DNA of 64,000 nucleotides from Octopus sinensis (lineage: Eukaryota). The position numbers were made by a program, and so were the translations under genes. Positions 1-15,747 of this stretch are shown here, in pieces. The notes beneath the pieces are model-generated. The model saw only the letters and a list, made by a program, of their open reading frames with translations. It made no database searches and was not told the DNA's origin. The number at the start of each line of letters is the position of its first letter. Position 1 is the stretch's first letter. The DNA is taken from NCBI RefSeq assembly GCF_006345805.1, contig NC_043002.1, positions 79,360,001 to 79,424,000 of the forward strand. The letters are read 5' to 3'.

Positions 1-837
1 CCTTGTTTTTCTCTTCTTTATTTTATTTTTCACTTATGTTTTCGCCATTTTTTCTTCTTGACTTTTCTTTTATTTTCGTTTTCTTTTCTGTTTTCTAATT
101 TTGTTTTGAAAGAAACTATTGTTTTCTCTTGCTTCCTAAATTGCCAAAGGCCTATTTTTGATGATCTCTCTCGGAAAAATAGCTGTGACGCATATATCAC
201 TCGTTAGGAGGTCGTTGGCAGTGTAATTGCGAACATTCAATCTTGTCGAAATTTTATGTTTTCTTATCGAGTATTAGAAAAATGGTTGAATTTTCAAACG
301 TGAGGTTTCTATGAAACATTCATATTTTAGTTTAATTGCCTTCTATTAATTGAAGTTGTTTTCAGTGAACAAGAAAAAGAATAAAAATGCAAAATGAAAA
401 AAGTAGACAAAAAGAATAATACAACAACGAAAGCGAAAATAAATAGTTAAGAAGTTCTTGGGTTCTAAATTAAGATGTCGTTATATGACAAAATTATATT
501 TCACTCTTTACTTACGTATTACTTCTATTTCTTATCGTCTGCTTCTTTTTACCATCCTTCCTTTCTTTCTTCCTTCCTTCCTTCCTTTTCTTTCTTTTTC
601 TTTCCTTCCACTTTTTCTTTCACTCCTTTTCTACTGTATTTTCAACCTTTTTTCTTTTTCCTTCATTCTACATATGCACGCGTGCGCACACACACACACG
701 CGAGCGCACACACACACACGCGAGCGCACACACACACGCATGTATATTTATACACACAAACATACATGCAGACATATACACATAAGTATATATAAAACAT
801 ACGCATACATACTCACACACACATACGTTCTTGCATA

Positions 838-992
<155 letters not shown>

Positions 993-1307
993 ATACGTAT
1001 GTATATATGCTTGAAAGTGTATGTCTGTCTTTGAGTATGCATAGACATACATATTTATGCATAAGTACATATGTCCAATGTGTGACAGCGACATACGTTC
1101 CGCTTGATATCTAGGCGTCTATATCTTTATCTATATCTTATCTAATTTTCTATCTACGGTTTCTCAATTTCGTTTTTCTATAGATTATCATACGTCGCTC
1201 ACACACATCACAGACACATGCGCACACACACACGCACACGCACGCGCACATATATATCAGTGTGTGTGCGTAAGCGTTATGCATATATATGTATATATAT
1301 ATATATA

Positions 1308-1564
1308 TTGCGGAGACCCCTTCGGTCACGAATGCATACCAGCCTCCTCTCTCCACGCCACCGATGTCATCCAAGGAAAAGGCAAAGTCCAATACACCTT
1401 GGCATCGGTGAGGTCGCAATTCATTCCTACAGCTGAGTGAACTGTAGCAACGTGAAATAAAGTATCTTGCTTAAGAACACAACTCGCAGCCCGGTCCAGG
1501 ATGCGGACTCACAACCTCACGGCCGTAAGCTCGACGCTCTAACTACTGAGCCATGCACCTTCAC
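1308..1564 (-). mobile_element. tRNA-derived SINE (family with central CAAGAxACTTTATTTCACGTTGCT domain)
   Basis: Minus strand begins GTGAAGGTGCATGGCTCAGTAGTTAGAGCG (A box) with a B-box-like GTGAGTCCGCATCC. The same central domain recurs at 20345-20630 and 21215-21300. Confidence 0.75.
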
Positions 1565-1669
1565 TATATATATGTATATATTTATATTTATTCATATATA
1601 CGCATATTCATACACACAGATATATCCATATACATGTATATGTTTGTGTATATATATTCATGTATTTAT

Positions 1670-2645
1670 GTGTACATGTATATATGTAGAGAGAGACAAT
1701 GTATCCTTTATTCATATACTATATTACTTGTTTCAGTTATTGCACTGTGGCCATGATTGTGCATCTCCTTAAAGGTTTTCATCCATCAAATTGAACCCAG
1801 TACCTACTTTTTAAAGTATGGTGCTCATTCTACTGGGGGTTTTACTGAACTTCTGAATGATAGGATGTCAGCAAAACGTCACCGTTGTCAGCAGAGCAAA
1901 AAATCGTCCAGTATATAGTTATATACTGTATTTAGGGATAAATAAGTAACATATAAAGAGCTATATAGTTATAGAGAATAACTTTATATCCAAGTATAGT
2001 TAATATAACATTTCATTCAGTCTTGAAGAAAAGAGGTACAACAATGCACTCTGAGTATCTCTGGAATTTGAAAAACAAAGTCGTACATAAAGTATTGACT
2101 CCCAGCTATTGAATATGAACATGAATATATGATCGCTTCAAATGTCCCCTAACAGAGGAAAACTACGTTCGACTAATAAATTCAAACTAGAATTAATCTC
2201 TTCTTATCTTCACCACAGTTTATAATTCGCATTTTTATCATGTGGTTTGACACTGTAAGATCTCAACTCCCATCAGTCTACACCTAAAACACAATCAATT
2301 CTCATTCGTCACTATTTATCAGTTGTGTTTCTGTCTTCTGCATTTCGCTCTTTTATCTTCGTGTCTGTTTCCTTCAAACCTTCCCACACCTCTCAGTTAA
2401 TCTATCCTCGTTCCACGATCCTAATCTTCTAGAGTCTCACGTTCAAATCAAAAGATATGCGCAAATCGGTTTTTTTTTTTCGTGAATTTCATGTCGTTCA
2501 AAAGTAGGTACTGGGTTCAATTTGATGGACAAAAACCTTTAAGGAGATGCACAATCATGTCCACAGTGCAATAATTGAAACAAGTAATATAGTACATGAA
2601 TAAAGGATACATTGTCTCTCTCTCTCTACTTATATACATGTACAC
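1670..2645. repeat. Inverted duplication, ~143-bp arms (1670-1811 and 2500-2645)
   Basis: The reverse complement of the right arm matches the left arm with about 6 substitutions and one GA-repeat indel. Confidence 0.9.
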
Positions 2646-3403
2646 CTACATACATATACATACATACATACATACATACATATACACGAACATATACATA
2701 TATATGGATATATCTGTGTGTATGAATATGTGTATATATGAATATATATATATAAGCAGGTTCCTCGGCTTCCAATGTCCAATATTTACAGCTGATTCAT
2801 ACAAGCAGTCTAATCCTTCAACCCTGTTTCAGTGCAATTTGCATAGACTAACGTTCATACTAGTACGACACCACACTAGCATTTCATTTTGCATGTACCA
2901 TTCAATTATTTATATATATATATAAGTTTGTATTGAATGACGCAACAATAATTAATTAATAATTCAAGGACATTGACAACTTTCAGCATAAACGGGAGAA
3001 TACTCGATTATATAAAAGTGAAACAACATAAGCTGGCATCTGCGCGTCGGACAAAATGTTTGATCCTTAGGAATACACTCATTCCTCTGTCTCACACACG
3101 AGATCTGGAAATCTGGCAAATGTATACATTTTGAGGAAACTCTACCTCGCACCACACTCACACCACTACCAAATGAGATACGTACGCACGCACAGACACG
3201 ACACATACACACACACACACTTTTATGTCAGACTTGGTGCACATGACTGCATATATAGGTGTGTGTCTGCACAGTTATGCTTATGGAGACAAAAAGCATT
3301 CCTCCACGTAAACGGCTTGAAAATTTTTTAAGACATTGAGAAATATTTCTTAACATGACACCAATACTGTCTTGGGTACTCATTCTCGTCGTTCGACATT
3401 TAC

Positions 3404-3463
<60 letters not shown>

Positions 3464-3522
3464 TTTATTTATTTATATATACGTATGTGTACCACTTGGT
3501 ATATGGAGTTTGAAGCAAATCC

Positions 3523-3650
<128 letters not shown>

Positions 3651-3663
3651 TTATTAAAAACTT

Positions 3664-3700
<37 letters not shown>

Positions 3701-3960
3701 TCATGTGTATGCTGATGTGTGAATTGTATGAGCTTTAGGACCAAGCAATTGGAACCAATCGAGCGGCATATAGTCTCATATATTGCCCATAAGCATTAAT
3801 AACAACCTCGTTCTGTTTGAATAAATCACGACAGAACCGTCGCATACATGCATGTGATGGTAAAACATGCAGTTTTCACAATGAAACTCTCAGTCTGCTT
3901 TTGAACAGCCAGCCTCCAGGTATTGAGTGCTCAAATTTCAGTTCAGTCTAATGAAGCAAC

Positions 3961-4010
<50 letters not shown>

Positions 4011-4144
4011 ATATATGAGTACATGTGTGTGTGTGTGTGGTATGTTTGTGATGTGTGTTTTCGTGATTGTGTTTATGTCTATATCTATGCAAGTATATAT
4101 GAATATATACATACATATATATATATACATACATACATACATAC

Positions 4145-4213
<69 letters not shown>

Positions 4214-5312
4214 CGTCTATTAAGACTTTGTACGTAAATCTCTCTTCTTTTGCTTCTCCTCTCGTTATTCTCTCTCTCATAATTTCTAGATTTCTATTTT
4301 TCTTGAATATTTGTCTTTTATCTTTCACATTTTATTATTTTTCACACCTTTTCCCTCAATTCTCGTTTCCTTCCTTCCTTTCTTCCTTCTTTCCTTCCTT
4401 CCTTCCTTCCTTCCTTCCTTTCTTTCTTCCTTCCTTAATCCTCTCGATTTTTTACTTTTTCACTCTTTCTTTCCCTCTCCCTCCTTCTACACCTCTTTCT
4501 CCCCCCCTCTCTCACTCTCTCTCTATTACTCTCTACTTTTTCTCTGTGTGACTGAGTTACCATGACACTCTCCCGATCATTGGCCTTCCTCTTCACCTCG
4601 CCCCCCCTCCACCTTCATTGCATTACTTTTTCCTCCTCTGTCTTTTCCTCTCTCCCCCCCTCGTTCTCTGGATATCGATGTCTTGATTCCATGTTTATTT
4701 CATTTGCTTTATTTTTTTCATTTTCAAGTACCAGCAAATCTGTCTCTGAATCGCACAGACGCTACACCACAACACATCACACAATATCGTTATACATACA
4801 AATAAGCACACACACACACACACGCACATACTCAAATGCACATCCATACACATGTACATTACGCACGCACAAGCACACAAATTTACACGCACATAGATAC
4901 ACATACGCTTAAAGATACCAATACACACAAACGTCAAGGCGCGTACACTCATATACACATGCGCATACATATACACACACATAGAGACATACAGCGATAT
5001 TCATACATTCATACATTCACACACTCGTACACCTATACACGCATACATATACAAATACACGAAGCGATTCACGTATGCATACGTCACATGCACACATACA
5101 CACTTGCATGTAAAGACGCATATACCACAAAAACATGCATACATTCACACACATATAGAAGCATACATTTTCACATACACTTCACACTATTTCCATACAC
5201 AAATACACGTACTGACGCATATATACAAACAGATATAACAACATACACACACACACACACATACTCACACGCACATACGTACGTGCTTGCAATTACATAT
5301 ACACAGTTACAA

Positions 5313-5343
<31 letters not shown>

Positions 5344-5830
5344 TCTGCTCTCCCCCTCTCACTTTAAAATCCTATAAATCTGTGAATGATTGAGGGGATG
5401 GTTGTGGTAGCTTGACCTGTTAGAAATAGCAGCTATCTCTTCCTCAATATATTCCCTATTGCCTTTAGAAAAGGATATATCGGACAACGTAGTACTATGT
5501 ACAATGAGATAATTAAAGGTGGCGTGGTCACGGCCGGAATGATTTTGAACGTAGATTTGCTTCTTAGCAGAGCTATGGTCAACTGGTACTTATTTTATCG
5601 ACCCCGAAAGGAGGAATGGCAAAAATCAGCTTCTATCAACGGAGAGCAAAAAACAACAACAACAACAACAACAGCAGCAGCAGCAGCAAAGACATCAACA
5701 TTATTAACAAGAACTTTAAGAAGACGAAGATAAAGACCATCAACAATAACAACAGCAACAATAACGTCTTCAAGGAGATGAAGATAAAGAACAGCCGGAG
5801 AGACAACATTAGCAACAGCAATATCAACAA

Positions 5831-5863
<33 letters not shown>

Positions 5864-6304
5864 AAGCAACAACAAAAGCAAATGCAACAACAACAACAAC
5901 AACAGCAGCCTCAACTTGAAGGCGACGAAGAACAACATCAGCGGCAAGAAACAATAACAACAACAACATCTACAAAAATTAAGAACAAAAACAAACAACA
6001 ATCATATCTCCAACAAATATGGAACCTCCACTTTCGTCCTGAGCCTCTACCTCTCTCCCCCTCTCTCCCCTCTCCCTTCTCTCTCTCTCTCTCTCTCTCT
6101 CTGTCCTTTTCACGACCTTACACTCCCACTCTCATTCATACTTTCCCCTCCTTCTCATATTCTCACTCTTTCCATTTCTCTTTGTCTTTACGTCTCAGAC
6201 ATGCAATCTTACTATCTTACTCTCAATTCTCAACCACACTCACACATGCACACATACAAACATACATGCACAAACACACACACACACACACATACACACA
6301 CGCA

Positions 6305-6920
6305 TACATGCATATCCACAATTGCATGTGCACACAGCTACATGCTCACACACACATACATGCACATCCACAATTACATGTGCACACAGACACATGCACA
6401 CACATACATGCGCATCAACAATTACATGTGCACACAGATATGCTCACACACACACACATGCAGATATACATGCATATCCACAATTACATGTGCATACAGA
6501 CACATGCGCACGCACACAGACACAGACACACACACAAACACATTGGTAAACATACACCCAAACACACAACCAATAAATACCTCTCCATTTTTACATCTCA
6601 CCATGTCTCTAGTTCTGCAGCTCTCCTTTCTCCCTCGACCACTCTATGCTCTTTCTGAATCTCCGTCTCGCCGTCTCTCCTTCTCTCCTCTACCTTTTTT
6701 TTCTTTTTGTTTCTCTCTCTCTCCCTATCTCCTTGTCTTCTCTGTACCTCCTATCTTCTCCCTATCTCACCGTGTCTCTAGTTCTGCAGCTCTCCCTTCT
6801 CCCTCGACCACTTTATCCCCTTTCTGTATCTCCGTCTCACCATCTCTCCTTCTCACCCTTTTGTTTTCTTTTTCTCTCTCTCTCTCTCCCTATCTCCTTG
6901 TCTTCTCTGTACCTCTCGTC
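6305..6920. repeat. ~50-bp CA-rich minisatellite (6305-6510) and ~169-bp tandem duplication (6596-6915)
   Basis: CATATCCACAATTACATGTGCACACAG-like unit about 4 times; GTCTCTAGTTCTGCAGCTCTCC...CTTCTCTGTACCTC twice. Confidence 0.8.
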
Positions 6921-8363
6921 TTCTCTCTATCGCTCACTATCTCTCTTCCTCTTGTCGTCTCTCTCTCTTCCCTCATATCACAAGCTCTCTATCTTCCCTC
7001 TTTCCATTTTATTCCCCTATATCTCATTTACACTCTCCAAATGATTCTCTCCACCTCTTCTTCTCTCTGTCTCTCCATGACACCATTTCTCGTTCTCTCC
7101 ATCTTTCTATTACTCTGCTTCTCCCTGTCTCCTTCTATGTCCCTGATTTTACATCTCTCTCTTCGCTTCTCTCTCCCCCTCTTTTCTTCTTCATCTCTTC
7201 CTCTCTGTATTTGGCTGTCTAGCTATCTAAACTCCCCAGCTCTTCTTCTCTATCTCTCCATCTCTCACTTACTCTTGCTTTTAGACTTACCTCACTTATG
7301 TAAACATTTTCTCCTTTCTCTCCATTTTCCATCCTTCTAAGTCTCCGTCTATCGTTCTACTTCTCTATCTCCCTGTCTTTCTTTCCATCTCTCCATCTCC
7401 CTAACCCTCCCTCACTCTCACTAGTTTTCCATCTTTCCGTCTCTCCGCTCTTTCTGTTTATCTTTCTTTTTTCCAATCTCCTGTTCTCTATCTCACTATC
7501 TTTCTATCTCTCCTTCCCTCCCTCTCTCACTATTTCCCTATCTATATCTTCATCACTCTCTCTCCCTCTCATTATCTCTTTGCCTTTCTTTATGCCTCTA
7601 TCATTCTCTTTCACTCCACCTTAACTCATACTCTATTTTCTACCTCTCATTACTCTTTTGCTCCTCCTCCCGTCTCACTCACTCACATTATTCTCTCACC
7701 CATCCTCTCACTCCCTCACACTCTTTCATTTCTCTCTTTCTCCCATCTTCCCTCTCCTCACTCCGTCTCTCTTTTATTTCTCTAAGCTATTTTGATCAAC
7801 CATTGTATACATCACCACCTTACACCATCAGATCGCTAACATGTCTTCCTCTATCAATTCCACTATCTTTCTCGCTTTCGGTAAATCATTCTCTCTCTCT
7901 CTCTCTCTCTTTCTCTCCCTGACTTCTACCTCTATATCTTCTTTTATGCTGTTGTTTTTTTTTTCCAACCTATACACCTCTTCATTTTAATTATGTATTA
8001 TATTTTCATGATTCGGTGGAATCGTTACTACGAGACATTTATAATAGGTTTCTCTCTGTCTTTCCTCCTCTCCCTTACTCTCTAAATACCTCTTTCTCAC
8101 TTCTCTTTATATCTATATGCCTACCTATTAAGTCTCTTCATCTCTCCTTGGCTCTCTTTCCCTCTCTTTGTCTGACTCTTTATCGCTACTTTCACTTTCA
8201 TTTTCGGATTTCTCCCCATTCACTTCTCCTCGCCGGCTGTCTGTCTGTCTGTCTCTTTTCTTATTTACTTTTTACTCTATGTCTTTCATTCTCTACCTCC
8301 CACTTACTCTCGCTCTCCGACTCATTTTCTCAAGCGCTCTCAATAATTTTTGTATCTCGATCC

Positions 8364-8454
<91 letters not shown>

Positions 8455-8455
8455 A
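6600..8455. repeat. Long CT-rich polypyrimidine low-complexity tract ending in (TATC)n
   Basis: Strong C/T strand bias over ~1.8 kb. Confidence 0.85.
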
Positions 8456-9168
8456 ATAAACATAACTAACACTTTATTCGTCGCCCTCAATTCCTGTCTC
8501 TCCTACTTTCCTCTTATTACTCAACACCTCCTCTCACTTCAACTTCCACTTTTCCAATGCTATGTGGTATTTTCAAGACGATGCAGAATGCAAATGAAAC
8601 AGACGACACATGAATAATCCATTGAAGAAACACAATGAGCTCTTTTAATAGTTATAATTGCCACCTGGTGTACTGTGTGCATACTCTGAGTTTTTATGTG
8701 TATGAATGTATATATATATATTATATATATATATATATATCTGTGTTCTGTTTTATGCGTGTGTACTTGTACGCGTGCGTAGGTATATCTGTGTGTGTGC
8801 CTGCGTGTATGTTTGAGTATGTGTGCCCTACGTACACGTTTTAAAGAACAGTTAATGATTTTTATACAGTTTATATTAGTAAACACCCAACTCAGTATTC
8901 TTTTTGTTGTTATATTATTGTTTTCTTTGTTTAGCTACATGTCAGTCATGACCAAATAGACCTGTGATCAAAGGCGTTCCAGCTGTGACCATATCCTGTC
9001 ATTTTTGTATATGAAAGATTACATTTAAAAAAAAAATAAAATCCATGTTTATGCATGATTCTGGGGAAGAAACATTTAGACGTGAGGGAGATTTCGCTGT
9101 TATTTCTAACTGGTAAAAGGATCTTGTAGAATATCATTCACTTTGATCATGTATTACAGAATTTATTG

Positions 9169-9201
<33 letters not shown>

Positions 9202-9654
9202 GGTTAGGTATGGCATTTATTTATTTTTTTAATTTTTCATTGTAAATCCGAAAACATATAAATGTAGGTGTGAGAGGAAAGAACTGGGATAATGCAGCAT
9301 GGCTGAATAACTAAGGAGTTGACTTCGCAAACACGAGATTAAATCCCAAAGCATCTTGGGTAATTGTCATTTTCTACACCCTCGGATCAAGCCATTAGTT
9401 GTTAGTGAAATTGGATAGATAGTAATGTTATAAAAAAACCTTCCGGGTGGGGGGTTGTATTTGTGATCCAAAAGATATAGCTCAGTCCCGCTCTGTGACA
9501 GGCTAATTACTTACGGGGTACACATATCTGTGGGATACTGATTCTTTACGGGTATTCCTTACTGATTCCATGTATGTATGTATGTATGTATGTATGTATG
9601 TATGTATGTATGTATGTATGTATGTATGTATGTATGTATGTATGTATGTATCTG

Positions 9655-10015
9655 CAGTCACTCATCGCGACTCTGAGTGTTCATGGCTTTGGCATGATTT
9701 GTTAAGTTTTCTCCATACAGGTCGGTTTTTCGCTTGAGTTTATCCATTTATTATGACCAATTCTTTTCCACTTCATGTTCCTTTTTTCAGTATTTTTTAA
9801 ATCTCCCTCTAAGTTTTCTCTGGTTTCTACTTGCCTTGCATAGATAGGAGTAAATACGTTGTCTGGATAGTCTGTTGTTGTCTATCCTATGTACGTGGCC
9901 CAACCAACGTAGATTGCCATCAATGAGGATTTCCATCAAAGGAGATAGACCGTAGGATCTTGTCGTTCCTGATTTTGTAAAAGAGCGTAATATTCATGAT
10001 TCGTCTTAGCTGTCA
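9655..10015 (-). mobile_element. RTE-clade LINE 3' fragment, decayed
   Basis: Frameshifted minus-strand translation resembles the RTE C-terminus (LRRIMNI...KIRND, RWLGHVHRIDNNRL). The 3' end runs into (CATA)n at 9572-9650. Confidence 0.6.
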
Positions 10016-10412
10016 CACCATATATGCATGTATATTAATATACGCACATACGTACAAGGAAGCACACGGTGGCTATCATCTCGTAGACGATTATGTCACC
10101 TTAGATATTAAAGGCCATTGCTGTCAGAAATGCCCATTTTGAAATTCAAACTCAATAGCAACATGCACAACACCGCTAAGAATCTCACCTGCAAAGCGAA
10201 ATAGTCCAGAAGCAAGCAGGAGCAGGTTCTCTGGTTGGTCAAAAACCAGGGGGAATATTATCCAGAAAGTGCGTTTCTAAGTGGGTGAAATCTGATTTGA
10301 GTGAAATTTGGCCTCGATTTCTTACAGGTGATATGACCACATAGAGGTACCCTTAGTTTACTTTTATATTTATGTGGTATGTATAAGTAGACCTTTATTA
10401 TTTCTACTGTAT

Positions 10413-10455
<43 letters not shown>

Positions 10456-11287
10456 GTGTGTGTGTGTGTTTGTGTGTGTGTGTTTGTGTGTGTGATTTGT
10501 TGCTGTGTTCCAAACATATTTGTGTGTGTGTGGAAGTCATTAGAGATCGATCGCAATGCTCGTCTGGTATTTTGGTTTATCGAACTTGGAAAGGTGAAAA
10601 GTAAAGTCTTTCTCGACAGGAATTGAATTGAAGTTAATGTGCTAAAACAAGTATTTTAACATTAAAACCTCTTTTCAACTTCACGGTATCCAATAATGGA
10701 CATCTATATTGAAGTTATCACCAAGGTGCCACGCAATGGGACTTGAACTCGGAAGCAAACTTCTTACCTCAAGAATCAAACTTATCACACAGCCACACTT
10801 GCGCTCATGATGTACCACTTCCAAAAATAAAACTGGACGGTCACTGCTGGGATACCTTTGATGCTAGGTCAGAGAGATACTATCAGATCTATAACATCAT
10901 AGAAATCATCAAATCATTCCGATCTTGTTGAGTACATTCCTGCAACTAGAAATATACTGGAATTGAGTTCAGAGACACTTTTTCACTTCTTTTCTCTATA
11001 AAATGAAAAAGAATTATTTCATGTTTGTGTTTTCCTAATTCACCAATAATTAAATTAAATTATATTACATTAAATTAATCTAATATTATGTTAACTTAAA
11101 TTATTTTTGGTTTATTTATTTATTTATTTATTTTTGAAATCTGAATGTACCAAGAGGACCAATCAAGTATTGAACAAAGAATACATGTTTTTGGCGTTTT
11201 TGCTGGTGATGGTGATGCTGTTGCCAGCGCTGATGGTGGCTATCTGACTTACGGGGTGGTATCAAAATGTTCCAAGACTAGTGACGT

Positions 11288-14240
11288 TTAATAACTGGAA
11301 AAATAACTGGCTTTGAAGTACTTTCTCGAGGAGAGAGTATTCTCTACCAAAGTAAGTAAAAAAAAAAAAAAAACACCAGATACGGTATTAAAAGCTGTTA
11401 ACGAGATTGGTGATGAGTATATACAGCAATGTGATGAACCGACATTATGGCAGATTAACGCCTGTTTATATGATCTGGCTACTACTGCAAAGCAGTACAT
11501 GAATGACATTAAAAAAGTAAACAAAACCGAAACAACAAAGAAAGTACCATCATGGGTTTTGAAGACAGAGAAAAAGATAACTTTTTTACGGAAGACCATC
11601 AGTCATGTAATGATGCTTATTGCGTGCAAACAAACAAATTACTATACGTCCCATCAACAGAAATTAAAGAAGTAGTTAGAAACGATGTTTGGAGACAGCA
11701 AAAAGAGGACACTTACTTGCAAACTGATTACCTTCAAACAGGAGCTAAAAGCTGTCAGTGAAAAAGTCCGAAATCAGAAGAGAGTAACTAAGAGAAGAAC
11801 AATAAACAAAAAAATTAACTGGGACCAGGCAGCAGTATGTAGAGACATAAGAGGAGGAACGGTGAACATCACAGAAGCTCCTCCACGACTTCTTCTGAAA
11901 GAAAATCTGGAGTGAAAAGAAGGAATTCAGCCAATATGCCCTCTAGGTGGAAGAAATCCGAAGAATTTATTGCTCCAGCATTACACCCAAGACATACAAC
12001 ATTGATGGTGAAAGTCTTGTAACTGTGATCCAGAAACTCCAGGATAGAAAAGCACCTGGAAGAGACTTGGTTGTTGGATATTGGTACACGAACCTAACCT
12101 CCTGCCGATCATATCTTATCAATCTGTACCGGCAATGGGAACAGTAGCATATCACATTGGTTGGCTCAGGCGGAGACAAAATTGATCCTCAAATGCAGAA
12201 CCACCCACATGGCAAAAAGCTACCGGCCAGTTGCATGCCAGGACTTAATGTATAAGTTATATACAGCATGCTTAAACCTCTTCCTCCAAGACCATTGTGA
12301 AACCAATAACATTATCACAGCCGAACAAGTAGCTGGGAAGAAGGGAATCTAGGCATGAACCGAGCAATTGTTAATCAATAAAACTGTGATATCAGAGATG
12401 TGAGAGCATAGGAGAAACCTAGTTTCAATGTGGCTAGACTACAAGAAAGCCTTTGATTCTGTTCCCCATTCATGGATGCTAGAAACCCTTCAGCTTCCTA
12501 AAGTTTCAGTGAGCATAGTCAACGCCATAGCTGATATGACTTCAGCGTAGGCCACCATCTTGAAATGAAGCACAAAGAGTGACTGTATTATCACCGATAG
12601 AATACAGTAACGCAATGGTATATTCCAAGAATACAGTCTCTCTGTGATGTTGTTTATACTTTCTGTAAACTCCTTGTCATTCATGTTAAGGAAGTCTGAA
12701 GCATATCTCAGAACTACCAAAATTACACACTGTTTCTTTGTGGATGACTTAAAACTTTATGCAAAGAATATGCATGAGATGAAAATGAGAATTGACCTTG
12801 TTACAAAATTCTCACAGGATGTAGGGTTGGAGTTTGGTCAAAGTAAATGTTATTTATATGGTTGTGAAAAAGAGGAACACTTATAAACCAGACTAGTAAC
12901 TTCTCCATCAATGATTTGACTGTTTCCTCTCTATCTGACGAGAAATGTTACAGGTATCTAGGGGTGGATGAAAATATATCTTATAATGGCACCTGTAACA
13001 AATTACGTGTCACTAAAGAATATTACAGCGGAATAAAGAAAATTTGAACCTTAGAACTCTCTGCATTCAATAAAAGAGTGGCCCACATTGTGTTTGCAGT
13101 ACCAGTTCTCATACCATCATTTGGGTTGTTTGATTAGACGCTTATGAAATCCGAGCTATTGATGTGAAAACCTGAAAAATACTAACAAGCACACAATGAA
13201 CAAGCCTTTGATCTAGGTCAGAAACCGGTTCTTTCCCTATTGGCAAGAAATCTTGAAGTAAACTGAATAAGGACATACATATATACCTGAGAATATTACA
13301 CCAAACTTAGGAAAATACGGCAGTCAGAACTCTCCTCTTACAACAAAACAATATCCCACTATGCGTTTGCAGTACCAGTGCTGATCCCAACATTTGAGAT
13401 ACTTGATTGGTCTGTAGAAGAAATCCACTCCATATATATCAAATCCCGCAAAATCCTGACAACAACTGGGAACTTCCACAGAAATAGCGATGTTATGTTG
13501 ACAAGTTCTACCTAAGAAGAAATGAAGGTGCACTCAGCATACAAAAAAAAAAGACTATGCATAGCTATGTTGCCTGGAAGCTCGAAGAAGACAGTAGAAT
13601 TGTCGCGAAGCGCAGCCTCTCTTCGACACAAGACCACTACATCACAGGCGATGTCATGTTTCTTTGAAAGACATTACGCACGGGATTAGCAGCTATCCTA
13701 AAATATCGTTACGGTACTATCTCCCTATGCGGCATGACGTTGTTAGCTAAAACAATTTACAATGCCATCAGCAAAAAAGACTGTCCTGAAATGAACTTAG
13801 GGAATCCCTCTGTTATGGAATACATTCATAAACATCAACCCAAGGATTACTGGTGGAATATTCCCATCAAAACTTCTGTCAAATGTAAGATTAACAGGTC
13901 GGATATTGTTGTTTGGGACAGAGGGGCAAATGTATATACCATTATAGAAGGTAGCTGCTCTGCAGATATAAATGTCCCTTTAAAAATCAAAGATAAAGAG
14001 GATACTTATGGACAACCGCTTCGAAACCTCCAGCTTCTATATCCAGACTATGAATTCATATTCATACCAATAATAATTGAAGCATTAGATTTTGTTAGTA
14101 AATGCTTAAAGGAGAATCTAGATAAACTGGGATTTTCAGAAAGAGAAATAAACCGGCTGATTCATACATTGCAAGTGTAATCTGTGAGTGGAACAGTGAC
14201 AATATAGAAGACTTTTCTGAAGTTCCAAATGCAAATATAC
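11288..14240 (+). mobile_element. Dong/R4-clade non-LTR retrotransposon, decayed and mosaic (RT plus restriction-like endonuclease)
   Basis: Broken frames give YRPVACQDLMYKLYT, WLDYKKAFDSVPH, LFILSVNSL, HCFFVDDLKLYAK, YRYLGVDE, RHD, and WWNIPIKTSVKCKINRSDIVVWD...IIEGSC. Many stops and frameshifts. Confidence 0.85.
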
Positions 14241-14817
14241 CTATGTTAACTACATCCCAAAAATGGAGCCTTGTATCTTTGTTGGAAACCTGCTCTCTCC
14301 TCAGTGGAAGATTTCTAATAATTAAAAAAATAGAAGAGACATACCTTGTTGTTTATGTTGAAATTCCAATAAAAGAGCCTTGGATCCAACAGGGGACTAA
14401 AATATATGTAAAATCTATTATAGACGCAGGCACGGCTTTATGGTCAAAACGATTCGGGCTCAGCCCCACTGCACAACACTTTGGGCCCATTGCTTTTTTA
14501 TATAACCTCGGGTCAACCAATTTCTTGCGCATGAATTTCGCAGAAGAAAACTGGGTGGGAGCCCGCCGTACATATGTTTATGTGTTTGTGTGCGTCTCCA
14601 ATCTCTTGACAACCAGTGTTGGTTTGTATACGCCTCCGTGTTTTAGGAATTCGCCAAAAGAGAAGAATCAATTATGTCAGACTTATAATTAACTACTCGG
14701 GTTGATTGTTCGACTAAAGATTTCAAAGCGAGGCCTCAGTATGTCCGCAGTCCAATGACTAAAACAATGAAAGATGAAAGATAAAAAAAATACGGTATAA
14801 CACAGGCACACACATTG

Positions 14818-14864
<47 letters not shown>

Positions 14865-15192
14865 TAGATTCACACATACACTCACATATACATATTCTCA
14901 CATGTACACACACACATTCCCATTTATACAAAGTCCCGCATATACACATACAGAAGGTACTCACAACGTTCCCATATATATATATATATGTGTGTGTGTA
15001 TGTGGGACTAGCATACATACACACGGCATACATACACACACAAACATACATTGACATATATACGCGAACAGTCCCACATATACACACACATATTCCCTAT
15101 AACACACACACACGCACACATACACATATTCTCATGCCCACACACTGCACAAACACATATTCTCACATACACACACACTACACACAGACATA

Positions 15193-15227
<35 letters not shown>

Positions 15228-15699
15228 CATTCTCACATATTCACAAGAAACAAATCAAACGCAAACTAATATTCTCGGTTTAAATAATGACTCTGTCATA
15301 AGAACAGAATATTTCCTTAATGAGAGCTATACGTTTAAGCGTAATGAGCTTTAAGTATGCGCTTGGAAATATTGCCTCGAATTACCTTCAGATTACGTGT
15401 GAGATTAATTCTGATACCAGAGAACATCAGAGAAGCTTAAACGGCTCCACCTGTAATACGGTTGCTATATTAGTGGTAGGACAAGATTTTGGAACCGTGG
15501 ATATTGTGTTGGAGTTAAGAGATAATAGAATTAAATTACGAAGTGAAATCTTGAATATAATGCATCAGAAATGAAAACGAGATGATCATAATGCGGCTGG
15601 ATTGCCGATCAAACTGAGTAGGTTTGCTCAGTAGGAACTGGTACTTATAGGGATGGATGGATGGATAGATGATAGATAGATAGATAGATAGATAGAGAT

Positions 15700-15747
<48 letters not shown>

